A stretch of DNA of 63,470 bases, filler included, from Stramenopiles sp. TOSAG23-2 (taxonomy: Eukaryota): NCBI GenBank assembly GCA_900128395.1. It is 14 parts of 14 records of this genome, joined end to end, with 100 filler letters (N's around TTAATTAATTAA, not from the genome) between each part and the next. Parts side by side here need not be neighbours in the genome. Positions count along the whole stretch, not along the records: positions 32,472 to 37,769 come from LT650696.1; positions 37,870 to 43,163 come from LT650697.1; positions 43,264 to 48,554 come from LT650698.1; 11 more parts are not named here. One strand, written 5' to 3'. The position numbers were made by a program, and so were the translations under genes. Positions 35,401 through 46,514 of the stretch are shown in pieces (the first letter of the stretch is position 1; the number at the start of each line of letters is the position of its first letter). A model generated the notes under the pieces. The model saw nothing but the letters and a program-made list of their open reading frames with translations, did not search any database and was not told where the DNA came from.

Positions 35401-36356
35401 CTAAAAATAAGAAATCTCAACAACAAGGTTCAACAAAGAAGAAAGAAAAAGTAGCAGAAGTACGTGAATCATTGAAAGAATTTAAACATTGTAGAGCACA
35501 AGCTATTCGAGCAAAAAAAGTCGGTGATATGGTATTAGCAATGACACTATTGAAAAAATGTAAAGATATAAAAACATTTATAATTAAAAAAAATGATGAA
35601 GCAGAGAAATGCGATACAGATGGTACAAAAACTGTCACAGAGAAAGGCATTTCTACAAATAAATCTACAAAGACAAGTAAAAATAATAAAATAATCGAAA
35701 AGGATTTGCAATCATCATCTGCAACATTTGCATTGAAAAAAAAACCTACACGAAAAAAGAAAAATATATATATATCAAAAAATAAAATGACGTTGGGAAA
35801 AACAAAGGATCATATTGCTGGAATGTATGAAAAGAAAGTAAAAAGTGATATAGCAAATGATAAAAAAGGTAATGAACGTGATACATTGGCACATTTCTGT
35901 GATGATTTCTTTTCACACATGTTTGGTATGCCAGCATTGGCTGGTAAAAAAGTTTATGAATTTAAACAAGGTATTAAACAACATGCAAAACAAGATAGTG
36001 GTGTAAGATGGTTTGGCACATTAATTGGATGGTTACCTGAAAATGTACATAAAGGTATTATTACACCATTTAAACCAATTGCAACTGATGTGTATTTATT
36101 TTTAATACAAAATGTTTTCCCAATAGATTCAATTGAAGAATTAATAGATGATAATCCATGTTTAATAAATTTTGCAAAACTTCAAAATGCAATTGATATT
36201 TTATTTAAAAATCAATTAAATGATGAACGTATAATTACATTGAAAAAAGAAATTGAATCCACCATTAAACATGAAAATGTTGAATTTAATTTTGCATTTG
36301 ATATAATCATGCGTGTATGGTATAGTTTTGATGTTCCACCATCATGTCCAATGTAA
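32472..36356 (+). CDS. Large receptor-like membrane protein: beta-rich and Cys-rich ectodomain, EF-hand loop, multi-TM block, long cytosolic tail; 5'-partial
   Basis: Cys-rich segment (CPMEGVC, CLEGY..PVCAVC), EF-hand DKDKNKSINRKE, KFKILLGYSQ, YLTADYSMTCY, YTVGIPL, FGSIYENY..CYYFDLLDLVRRL. Confidence 0.88.
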   Translation: MLAVIDVDNDDSTGVELKITDGDLTLVENGNSKRVEILGLTSQPVSDVTITPEIPTEWGGIIKVTPSSVTIDKDQWNSAQGKIFTFHALKGVPQSSSVNIDLKCSSDDVKYKNEKAPVTAYVSTTADAPTTNITDSPPDLSALQIAKFSFATSKSNVVKFLYRLEGPTLINNEIACPGGLCEAGKAIHFQTSTLAFGRHRIIVQAATAANTKDPNGASYEWIIAHCNDPNRVPSQYADIEKNGALQCIDCPQLTGVNCKETDAEWQHIYADRNWWTSGSKQDNYYKCPMEGVCLGGLYKKDENGTITVEKVRCLEGYNISSPVCAVCADEYVFQQNKCVSCPGYIPGKATSPTKSMMVAGFITMCSSIIFMYFFFTIQTLSLAEEEDLRVKLSELDLDEVFKDEKGLSHDVFSEFLDGEGLTETEILYIFHVVDKDKNKSINRKELKAYITNNDRMDIEELQAKNEERHEKVEDTHEVVMQMGGTLMKFKILLGYSQCMTYLPVVFELPFPPIMSYLMVLLELTSLDIYVLFGEVSCYMQTNFKQKFVFHMLLFPVIAFMACFVLGIIYLRSKFCCKRPRFTLESVKTRLYTFATLTCFGLYTGISTRIFRLFKCREIDDIYYLTADYSMTCYDDEWWSYGGVAIFCMFVYTVGIPLAQFIILLQNRHHLHEESALDHQSHRLAKKKFGSIYENYIEDCYYFDLLDLVRRLILTGGLILVGEHSVVQVLLGILTSLFWLLIVAIKFPYRAYWDNILSIALSLGLVLTLICGFALELFRTTRLANNESLDGTRYEEMVFDWILTAMTIVCIFIGIIAMVLTIPCIQEWVQKRLSKESDSRREMFLWVEKQKVLVKWLHVSDVKKTLEIASATLEEKAEIERAKHGQVLKRRRKSISALSANNVSVLPIVDTEKNMFSTGSLVHIKKMKNIAGHHAEVGNIKRKRVEGTKHLKRKHEEVRLRSEAQRKNLEKRIQRRKSKNKKSQQQGSTKKKEKVAEVRESLKEFKHCRAQAIRAKKVGDMVLAMTLLKKCKDIKTFIIKKNDEAEKCDTDGTKTVTEKGISTNKSTKTSKNNKIIEKDLQSSSATFALKKKPTRKKKNIYISKNKMTLGKTKDHIAGMYEKKVKSDIANDKKGNERDTLAHFCDDFFSHMFGMPALAGKKVYEFKQGIKQHAKQDSGVRWFGTLIGWLPENVHKGIITPFKPIATDVYLFLIQNVFPIDSIEELIDDNPCLINFAKLQNAIDILFKNQLNDERIITLKKEIESTIKHENVEFNFAFDIIMRVWYSFDVPPSCPM

Positions 36357-36721
36357 TGATTTATGTGGGTGGGTAGGGAGATTGTACATGTGTGTGTAGA
36401 GAGAGAGGTGTGTATGCGTATATACCAGAGTTTTTCAAAAAGTAGTTTTGTGTTTGTTTTTATTAGTCCTATTAATTTACTATGGCAATACGATTAATAT
36501 TATATTGACTCAAATCAAAACATCATCATCAAAATTATTATATTTTCAGTCAGTCCACCAACAACACAAGCTATTACTATATATAGGGACTTATAAACAA
36601 AAGACATACGGTATATACAAAAATGAATCACAAAACATAATTCATAGCAACTATATTCAAAAAAACAACTCATTAGCAACTGGTTATATAACTATACATT
36701 TTAACAAAAAAAATTGAACCA

Positions 36722-37340
36722 TTAATACGAAATATATATTTTTAATCTTGTCTTTTTATTTTTATTTTCTACTACATTTTTTGATGGATCTACATTAGGA
36801 TCTGAAGGTGATTTCCGCGGACACTTGCCAAACTTAGCGTTGGCACAAGCATAACATGTTTTGAGTTTTACATGGTATGTCCCACAATATGTAACACCTT
36901 GTGAAGGTGGTGTTACTGTAAAGGACATTGTACTAGAATCAACAGCTTCTTCGTCACATACAAACTCTAGCTCCGTTTGACGAAATTGGTCTATCATTGG
37001 GTTGCAACCATCTGTTGAACTTGCTCCGGATAAAACTGTTGTCAATACAAAGTTACCCTCTCCACTTGGCTTACTTTTACTCCAAGTGGATTGAGAAGTT
37101 ACTTCTCCCAATGCATAACACTCTCCAGAGTTTGGATTTTGTTGAGTAAGCATTCCAATAATACCATCATCACACTTCGTCCCAGATTGACCACAAACCC
37201 CCAACTGCCACGACCATCCGTTCGCATCAATACCCGTTAACTTCACTCCTTGAATTGAGCTAAAACTTAATTGATTCACGTTCGGGTCAATTGAAGTTTT
37301 CGGAATGCAGTTGTTATATGATGTTTGGGCTCCTAATACT
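36722..37340 (-). CDS. Mannose-6-phosphate receptor homology (MRH) domain protein; termini uncertain
   Basis: WQLGVCG...C, TQQ...CYALG, GC....RQTELEFVCD, CGTYHVKLKTCYAC fit MRH Cys spacing. Confidence 0.65.
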
Positions 37341-37869
37341 AAATTTGATTGAATGGAAAAAGGTATTATATGTGTTTATTCTGTATATTTAAATCTATAT
37401 TTATTTGAATTTTTGGGTGTTGTTGTGTAGCTATCTACTGTATTTATCATCCAAAAGTATTGTTACACTCTATATATTCTCCCGAAACTTATATTAATAT
37501 AAATAAAAGATATGCATATATGCATACCAGTAACACCAACATTATATATTATTGAAATTATTAATAATACAATACCTGGTGGTCGGTAAGAATAATAATT
37601 ACAATTGTAATTTAAAAAAAAATTTTAATCACAACATTAACTAGTTAACATACTTAACTTGGCTTGGCTTCCTAACCTTAACCCTATAATTTCCTATGTT
37701 TATACGTACCAGTACCGGTATAATAAATAAGTATTTAAAAATCATTTTTGATTTGAGATGTTAATGAACNNNNNNNNNNNNNNNNNNNNNNNNNNNNNNN
37801 NNNNNNNNNNNNNTTAATTAATTAANNNNNNNNNNNNNNNNNNNNNNNNNNNNNNNNNNNNNNNNNNNN

Positions 37870-39608
37870 AATTTATTTGAAAATTTATCTCTCCACTCCT
37901 TAATTTCACTTTCATCATACATTATAATATTCATCCGAACATATGGTTCATAAAAGGTTACTTTCAAAAGATAATACAACCAATTACGCATTCCAAAATG
38001 ATCTTCACACTTATCATATTCTATTTGAAACTTTGCTTGGACATTTAAGGCTTCAATATAGGTCAATTTGTTTTTGTACTTTTGAACTTTCGTCATTTTA
38101 TTTTTTATTTTAAGTTCGTCATAATCGCAATGTAGATATTGCTTGCACATATATTCAAATGATAAATTGCAAAATCGCAACTTATCGCTTGCTATCTTTC
38201 GATCAATTTGAACCTGGTACGTTTCTGGTGTTGTGTTGGTACAGAAAGTATACGTTCTACTAGTAATTTTATATATTAAGCCGATCTCATTGTTTTCATT
38301 TATTACCAATTGCCCCAATTCTAACTTTTCTGGTATTGGTGGAAAATTAGTAAAAAATAAACCAGCATCATGGTTCACTTTTTCTGCCAAAATTTCCGTC
38401 TTTGGTTTCTCCTTTTCGTCATCTTTTTGTATTGGCAACGACGTCTTGGGCTGTACAGGGGCTTTTTGCTTCTTTACCTCAGTCTGTTTACTTTGTTCTT
38501 CTTTTTGCCTCATCAATGATTCTTCAGGGGACAAAGCGGTTGATGCATCATCCTCATATATTTGTTGTTCAATTTCTTGATTATCTTGATTTAAATCTGG
38601 CATACCTTGCATTTGTTGTGATTGAAATTCAGCCTCATCTAATAGCAATGTCTGTTTGTTGGTTATTTCAGTATTTGGTAAAACCATCATGTTTTGTTGC
38701 GGTACATGCTGTTGGAAATCTGGCATACCTTGCATTTGTTGTGATTGAAATTCAGCCTCATCTAATAGCAATGTCTGTTTGTTGGTTATTTCAGTATTTG
38801 GTAAAACCATCATGTTTTGTTGCGGTACATGCTGTTGGAAATGTGGATTTATTAGATTAGCCTGTTGGGCAAGTGTAATTTGTTGTTGTTGATGATGACC
38901 TATTATTTGATCATTATCAATTCTCTGAGAGTTTGATCCGATAAATCCCGGTTGTATTTGCGGCTGTGGATGATGTAACATTTGTGTAGCATTCTTTTTC
39001 TGCTGTAGCCGCAACAGATTTATCGTAGATTGTAAAGAATTAGGTGCTAGGTACTGTTGTAATTGCGGTCGAAGTATATGCTGATTCGAATTTACACCTG
39101 ATGGATAATTGTTTAATTTTCGAGTATCTTGTTCTTCATGCTGTGCCACCACTGTTTCTTGCGTTCCACTTCCAAAACCTACCTTGTTGCCACCTTCACC
39201 ATTATTGTTAATATTATTGCGTTGTGCATTTAAAATATTTTGTTGTTGCTGTTGCTGCTGCTGCCGATATGCATATTGTAGTTGCTGTTGTTGTTGCTGT
39301 TGTTGTTGCTGTTGTCCGCGCTGTTGTCCGCGCTGGAGCATACCCATATATAACATATTCGCTAATAATTGTTGTTGTTGTTGTAATTGTCGAGAGTTTG
39401 AACGTTGTGATATGTCTTCGGGGTTTTGTATCGTTCTTTGTTGCAATATTCCCGGAGAAGGATATGCTGGTGTAGTAGAAGTACTGATAGAATAATCTCC
39501 CCGTTGAAATACTGGCGACCCATCCCCATTACCATTACTAAAAGGATTTGAAAGATATTTTTGCAAATCAACAATATCAGGATTATCTGTATTATTACCA
39601 GTTGCCAT
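37870..39608 (-). CDS. Gln-rich hypothetical protein, N-terminal part; its continuation lies inverted at 40412-40962
   Basis: Long ATG ORF with poly-Q running off the contig start; last 61 bp identical to the reverse complement of 40412-40472. Confidence 0.75.
38593..38842. repeat. Exact in-frame tandem duplication, 2 x 123 bp (41 aa)
   Basis: FQQHVPQQNMMVLPNTEITNKQTLLLDEAEFQSQQMQGMPD occurs twice. Confidence 0.95.
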
Positions 39609-39786
39609 ACTAATTATAAATAATATATTAATGTATATATATATATAAAGAATAATAGTATGATACTATTATGTTTGAAAATCTCTTGTATATTGATTTT
39701 TCGTATACACTTAATGAAGTGCGATTTTCAAATAAAAAATGGGGTTGCGAAAATACATATATATGCATATATATCAAAATAAATAC

Positions 39787-39988
39787 AAAATATAAACCAT
39801 CTGTTCCATGCATATAATATTTGTATTTATTCAGATATTAATATATATATATCCGGATATATATTATTTTTTAGAAGATGGAATGATAAAATATAAACCA
39901 TCTGTTCCATGCATATAATATTTGTATTTATTCAGATATTAATATATATATATCCGGATATATATTATTTTTTAGAAGATGGAATGAT
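39787..39988. repeat. Exact tandem duplication, 2 x 101 bp
   Basis: aaaatataaaccatctgttcc...ggaatgat repeated at 39787 and 39888. Confidence 0.93.
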
Positions 39989-40411
39989 GTGGAATGGGAG
40001 TATAGGATAATAAGTTTGTAATATTTAGCAGCCAGATAGTATTATATAAAAACAGGTTAATGTAAGTTTTTAGCCGCCTGCTGGTGTGGGCTGCTAATAT
40101 TTGCGCACCGTATAGCTGACGTGGCCTAATACCAGGCCTGTATGATGTGTTTTTATATACCCACACACGTGTACGTGGTATTAGCGATTTTAATACAAGC
40201 TAAAATTAAAATACCATAGCTCTACATCTCTACAATGTAGTTGTTGGACCGACAAAGCTTGCCGAGCTTTTAAAAAATTGATTTAAAATATTAATATATT
40301 ATATATATTTATTTAATATAAATGATGCTTTAATATATATAATAAATTGAGTTCTTGTTTTTTTCTTACGAAGTCGTACGAAAAGATGATATGTGGGACT
40401 ATGAGATACAC

Positions 40412-40962
40412 ATATTATAATGTATGATGAAAGTGAAATTAAGGAGTGGAGAGATAAATTTTCAAATAAATTGATAAAGCTAGGGCAAGGTCCACTAGTA
40501 TATGAGAATACTTTTATTTTCGACAAGTTAGTCCAATATGCGCAATTTTTTAAAGTACATATAAAAAGTTTACCACCACCACCTAAGTTTGAAACGACAT
40601 TTAATGATATAATAGAGAAAAAGGAAAAAAAAAAAAAGGATGCCAGTAAAGATGGAAGTAATGTAGATAGCCTGTATAGCCTTGGCAGTAATAGTAGCAG
40701 TAGTCTTAAGAAACGCGGGAGAAAGCATGTAGATGAGGGTGAAGATAACACTGAGAAGGACCACAGAAAACGTATGATTATAGAAGAAATGGTATCGCTA
40801 GGTCAAAAAGCTTTGGCAAAAATGACAAGAAAAAATAAAAAAGCTAGAAGTGATAATAATAGTAATTGTACCAGTGAAATAGATAAAACCATCTTGGACC
40901 TTGTGGAATATACTTCGAAAAATTTACCTGAACTTATGTACCCCGCTAAAAAAATTGTGTGA
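40412..40962 (+). CDS. C-terminal part of the Gln-rich protein encoded at 37870-39608 (-)
   Basis: Begins IIMYDESEIKEWRDKFSNK, identical to the end of the minus-strand ORF; in-frame TGA just upstream (40402). Confidence 0.65.
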
Positions 40963-41467
40963 ATTATATTCAAATCACGCATATATATGTTACGATGGTT
41001 ATAAAAATCTAAGTGTGGGAATTTATGATACAACTTTTGATAACAATATCATATGATATTAAAATCTAGTATGATCATATCGCATATCATACTCGTAGTA
41101 TAAAGTACGCGGTATATATAATTTAGATACGAAACTGTAGAAAAAAAATATTGAAAGTATATAAATCTGAAATGCGTGTATAAGATATATTATAATTTTC
41201 TCTCTTACTTCTCGTATATATATTATACGAACGTTCGTATTTAAATAATTGTAATTTATATAATATGATGTGTTTTAAAATCTAAGTTTTATTATAAATT
41301 TTAATTTTACTTTCCCCGTGTGTACATTATGATGCATAAAATATGATATTGTACGAACGTACACAATTTCAATTATATATATATATCATATAATATGCAT
41401 ATGCATATCATATCATATATATGATATATATATAAATCTATTTCTGAAATTTTAATAAGTCGGTCTC

Positions 41468-41656
41468 GCTCTCTCTCTCGCTCTCTCTGTAATGCGCACT
41501 TGCGAGTGTGCGATGTCTTATTCATCTCCGACTTTCCGCAACGAAATGTGATCAATGTTAAGCTCTCTCTCTCGCTCTCTCTGTAATGCGCACTTGCGAG
41601 TGTGCGATGTCTTATTCATCTCCGACTTTCCGCAACGAAATGTGATCAATGTTAAG
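41468..41656. repeat. Exact tandem duplication, 2 x 94 bp
   Basis: gctctctctctcgctctctctgtaatgcg...atgttaag repeated at 41468 and 41562. Confidence 0.93.
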
Positions 41657-42310
41657 TATAAAAACATCATCTTGAAATAAATGATACACTTCGATAGCTG
41701 TAAATGAGATGGTAAATGTCAAAACACTTGATATACAATGGCTAATAGTGAAAAAAGTCAAGGTTGTTACAAACATAACAAATGAAAAGAATATTTGTAA
41801 TAATGGACTGATTAACTTTCCGATCAATATTAATATTAACGAGACGGGACCAATAAATTTATCATTCAATACATACCAAATTAAAATTAATGATAATAAG
41901 CCAACAAAGGAATACAACGTACGCTTCGATGGCTTACAAAGGGATCTTCGATTTTGAATACTACTAGGATAAAATGTTTTTGGATTTTTCAAAATTGTCT
42001 GTGGTCTTGCATCTTTTTGCATTAAAAAACTTTTCCATTTCTTTGGACCTAATTCCAGCAAACCAGGCCATTTTTCATGAACACAAGCCAATTTTGCATT
42101 TGTAATACTATCATATGCTACGGTTACATCATCGTCTACTTCTATAAAGTCAATGATTTCCTCCTCCTCATCTTTATTGCCACCATTGTTACTTGGTATT
42201 TTTCTTTTCTTTACACTAATTGGTACATACCAATACTTTTGTCTTGGTGCTAATATGGATTGTAACCAAGGTATGAACGAATCTGTACCAATACTGTATA
42301 AATAATATAA
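41612..42310 (-). CDS. Hypothetical membrane protein, start unresolved (likely spliced)
   Basis: Frame stays open about 220 nt upstream of the listed TTG start; several hydrophobic segments in the C-terminal half. Confidence 0.5.
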   Translation of the reverse strand, partial: LYYLYSIGTDSFIPWLQSILAPRQKYWYVPISVKKRKIPSNNGGNKDEEEEIIDFIEVDDDVTVAYDSITNAKLACVHEKWPGLLELGPKKWKSFLMQKDARPQTILKNPKTFYPSSIQNRRSLCKPSKRTLYSFVGLLSLILIWYVLNDKFIGPVSLILILIGKLISPLLQIFFSFVMFVTTLTFFTISHCISSVLTFTISFTAIEVYHLFQDDVFILNIDHISLRKVGDE

Positions 42311-43623
42311 TAACAGCTATTTTATAAAATAATAGCTTCGTAAATATTTATGTCGATAAAAAATGGTATATGATTATTTATATTCTATAGTCTTCTTGTT
42401 ATTAATTATTATGGCGTGTTATTGTTGTTTAGTTTTTTGTACATGTAATTTAAATTAATAATATATTATTATTATTATTACAGGGAATTATTATTATCAT
42501 CAGGGAGCTTCTCCCTGATTATAAAGTTATAATATTAATACTAATACTAATACGGCCAAAGACTCAACAAGAGCGGCTGTCTATAGCTGTCTACTGTCTA
42601 CTGTAGCTGTCTGGCTGTCCAGAGCTTGCCAGGCTTGCCAGAGTTTAAAAAAGTTAGAGTAAGGCTGTGGAATAGCAAGCCAGCAAGCTGGAAATCTTAG
42701 CTAAGGCTAGACGACTATTATTATAACTCGGTCACATTATAATAACATAAAAAAAAGGCTGTTGTGATGTTGTGATGTGATGTTAATGTCGACGACACGT
42801 CGACCCGATATTTTTGATGAGCTTCTTTTTTGATACATGTTAATGATAGAGGCCGTCCGTATGACCTGGGATGGGAGCCTATCCACTTTATTACCGGGGC
42901 CGAGAAGGCGAGACGGGAGCTTTTTCGCTTCGTGTTTCGTTCTCTCTTCAAAAAAACGTATACTAATAAGTATAAAAGTATAAAATAACATCTACCGGAT
43001 TGCTGCATCATCAAATATTTGTTGTAAAAGCTATAATTGAACCTTCTTGATCTGTGTAAAGCTATGGTATTCCTATGTTAAATCCTATCGAACTCCATTA
43101 TAGGAATCAACCACACAATCAATACAACACATCTTTATGAATTAATACAAACCATAAAAAATANNNNNNNNNNNNNNNNNNNNNNNNNNNNNNNNNNNNN
43201 NNNNNNNTTAATTAATTAANNNNNNNNNNNNNNNNNNNNNNNNNNNNNNNNNNNNNNNNNNNNTGTTTGTGTTTAACTTTTTAATATTTTTTTTTGAAGG
43301 GCATGGTTGTTAGTAAACATGTTTTTTTTCATTTTCGTGTTTCAAAACTCTATACAGGCATAAACGATTATATGACGATTTCCGGCATAAAATTATAGAT
43401 AGTGAATCGATCTAGTTTCGGAGATTATAACGTTGCACGCTTTCTGCTCCTCGGAGACATGATCATACGGAAAGAGCTTAAAAATATGTAGAAATAGCAT
43501 ATAAATACCATTAAAAATTATGTAAAACTAGGTACTATATGTAATATTATGGTCTTTTTTATATTCCTCCTGATCTTATCAAAGGTGGGTCATATACGGC
43601 GTATATGTCATATAATAATATCT

Positions 43624-45954
43624 TTAATTCTTCTTCTTCTTCTTCTTTTTCTTTTTTTTCTTTTTTTTCCTCTTTTTACGTTTCTTTTTCTGTTCTTTTT
43701 TCGCTTTTGCATCTTCTTCATCTTTTGCTTTCTTTGCTTCTTCCTTTGCTTTTTTAGCAGCTTCCTTCTCTGCTTTTAATGCAGCGGCAGCTTCTTCCCT
43801 TTCCCTTTGCTCCTCAGCAAGAATTTCTGCCATCATATCGTCCATTTCAATTCCATCATTATCCAAACTAGCAAGCTCCTCAGCTTCTTTTGCATACATT
43901 GCTTTACAATCAATATCTTGCAATTCTGGTATTTCATCCACAGCAGTCGTACCACGTTTTCCACGTTTCACACCACGGACAAATGAAACTAAATTACTTT
44001 TTGTAAATGTCCCGAAAAAATTAGCATATTTTGATTTAGAACGGCTTATAAGTACGGCAGTTGGTAGATTGGCTGGGTTGACACCAAACTTTTCAAGGAA
44101 TGCTGGTTGACATGCACCATCCAAATATGAATATGATAACATAGCATGTTCTTTTTTCTTCGTTTCTTGCAAAGTATCAATATCCGCTTCGTATTTCTCC
44201 TTTGTACTTTGTTTTCCATCTAACAATGCAATGACACATAATTTATTAGATTTTGGACATACTTGATCAAAATTCTCTTTTGTCAATTCCACTACCGGTG
44301 CATTTGCATTTGCACCACTATATGCACTATCAAAACCATCATCATCAATACCATCTGATGGCAAACCTTCTGGTTTAATCATGTTGATAATTTGTTGTAT
44401 CCATTGCTTTGCATTTCCATATTGAACTTGTCCATTCATTTCCATGCTCCATGGTACCATTTGGAATTGTAAATTTTCAGGCACTGGTTTGCCATCAGGA
44501 CCAGTTGCTTTTGCAGCATTGTCGTCCTCGCCAGGCTTTTTCTCCGCTGGCATTGCATACATAATTCTCATTGCTGGAGTTTCTTTCAATTGAAATCTAT
44601 CCAATAATGATTTGTCTGGACTACCAATAAAATTAAATGCAATGTATCGATTGTATTCATGCGATAATGTTCTTAATCCAGCTGGTGGTTCGCCCTCATC
44701 GCTGATGTAAAGCAATGCTAAACGTTTTGTTTGTGCTGCTCCCATTAATACTTGATCGACTGCATTTGGCATAGCTGGTACGTTAAACATTTTATTTGGA
44801 ATGGATGATAATGCACGATTCATAGCTTTTAATTTATGTTTTGCCTCAAATGTTATACTTTCAGAGCTACTTTTGCCATATGGATAAACTTTAATAGTAT
44901 CCTCCCCTTCTTTGATTTTTTCTTTGTCACATAAAGTTTTCCCTGCATCAGTATCGCAACGTACTACTGCACCACGTATACCACCAGCTTCTTTCAATCC
45001 ATCCATAATTTCTTCCCAACCATCACTTTTAATTATCTTTTCATCGTGTACATATGCAATTATCCAGCCGTCTTTAGGCCCACCGACTTTATTTTTAAAA
45101 GTTGCTTCATTCAATTCCTCAAATTTTGCTTCCTCTGGCTCTGCATTATATGGTTTTTTTACATCTTCTGATGCATGTGTTTCAATAAATTTTGCAATTG
45201 CATCGGCATCTTTCAAATCCCCATCAAAAACAATGGAATCTTCACCATTATGTTTTACAACTACAATTGCAGGTGCTTCTAGACCTTCTTCCGATGATAT
45301 TGCTTCAATCAATGTAGAATCCGTTTCAACATTTGCTTGTCCAATTTCAATACGATTCATATATTTCGCAGACATACCTTTAATCACTGGACTTGGTTTA
45401 TCTTTTTTCGATAGAACAATAACACTGTTTAACTCGCGTTCTGTTCCTCTCGTTTTCAAAGTATCTAAAGATTCACTTGAATTAACTGCATGCACGTAAT
45501 TTGGCATACGTTTAATTGCAAAATTCTTTATACCTTTTGCACTTCTTGCATTCATTTGCACGGAATCACGCATGTATTTTTTTGTATATGGATTTAACAC
45601 AGGTTCGCCAGTAAAAGCGCGTAGTGTTGGAAAACCACGTACACCAAACATACCAGGTGTTTTTTTATTTGCATCTGCATCCATAGCACCTACTTGTATA
45701 TTGTATTTTTGCAATGCTTCTGCTGCTTCTTCAAATTTTGGTTTCAATGCTTTACAATGTCCACACCACGGTGCATAGAATTCCACGACCCACATCTGTT
45801 GACTATCAAATACTTTGTCATTAAAATTAGCATCGGTTAACTCTTGAATAGCTCCACCATCTTTAAAATCATATAACGATTGTACCACAGATGCAGAACT
45901 TATGACTGCTATAAATATTGTTAATAATATTGTATTGCTTTTATATTTCATCAT
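43624..45954 (-). CDS. Protein disulfide isomerase family protein (P5/PDIA6-like), one catalytic and several non-catalytic thioredoxin folds
   Basis: Signal peptide, WVVEFYAPWCGHCK, GVRGFPTL, and a C-terminal ELTKENFDQVC...LCVIALL domain. Confidence 0.9.
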   Translation of the reverse strand: MMKYKSNTILLTIFIAVISSASVVQSLYDFKDGGAIQELTDANFNDKVFDSQQMWVVEFYAPWCGHCKALKPKFEEAAEALQKYNIQVGAMDADANKKTPGMFGVRGFPTLRAFTGEPVLNPYTKKYMRDSVQMNARSAKGIKNFAIKRMPNYVHAVNSSESLDTLKTRGTERELNSVIVLSKKDKPSPVIKGMSAKYMNRIEIGQANVETDSTLIEAISSEEGLEAPAIVVVKHNGEDSIVFDGDLKDADAIAKFIETHASEDVKKPYNAEPEEAKFEELNEATFKNKVGGPKDGWIIAYVHDEKIIKSDGWEEIMDGLKEAGGIRGAVVRCDTDAGKTLCDKEKIKEGEDTIKVYPYGKSSSESITFEAKHKLKAMNRALSSIPNKMFNVPAMPNAVDQVLMGAAQTKRLALLYISDEGEPPAGLRTLSHEYNRYIAFNFIGSPDKSLLDRFQLKETPAMRIMYAMPAEKKPGEDDNAAKATGPDGKPVPENLQFQMVPWSMEMNGQVQYGNAKQWIQQIINMIKPEGLPSDGIDDDGFDSAYSGANANAPVVELTKENFDQVCPKSNKLCVIALLDGKQSTKEKYEADIDTLQETKKKEHAMLSYSYLDGACQPAFLEKFGVNPANLPTAVLISRSKSKYANFFGTFTKSNLVSFVRGVKRGKRGTTAVDEIPELQDIDCKAMYAKEAEELASLDNDGIEMDDMMAEILAEEQREREEAAAALKAEKEAAKKAKEEAKKAKDEEDAKAKKEQKKKRKKRKKKKKKKKKKKKKN

Positions 45955-46514
45955 TTATAAAATGTATGTAACTATGTATAAATATATATAAACAGAAATA
46001 TATATAATCTGTTCCCTTTTTTGTGCGAGCAATCAATCAATAATCTGTTTAATATGTATGAAATTGTTTATCTACGACAGATCCATATATTATATACATT
46101 ATATTACTATAACTGTAAATATATATCTTTTATGTGTGTGGTGAGCACGTGACACGTGTTTTCGCACTTGTCTCGAGTGGTGCGAGTGTGCGAGTTGGAG
46201 TGGCGATTTAAAACAATACAACATCAGATAGAAAGATTTGTACCTAAGATCTTGTTGATTATTGATGAATTGATGAAGTAGGGAGTCGCGATTTTGGCAT
46301 TCAGCAATTGCAAGCGCCACAGAAAGGAAAAGCACCTGTGCATTTTGTTCAAAGCTTAAGCTAGAGCTACATATACCCTATACAACTATTAACTATTTAT
46401 ACCCATTTTATTTTAATTTTAATATATATAGATGGTATATATCTACACGTGCAATATAGATATAATAATAAGATACACACAAACAAACAGCGTGATTGAA
46501 ACAATACGACAAAC

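Noticed and set aside
37671-37686. CCTAACCTTAACCCT telomere-like stretch
   Set aside because: Only about two degenerate units; chance level
42895-42912. Reverse strand TCGCCTTCTCGGCC resembling the 5' end of U2 snRNA
   Set aside because: No branch-point recognition sequence GTGTAGTA and no Sm site follow
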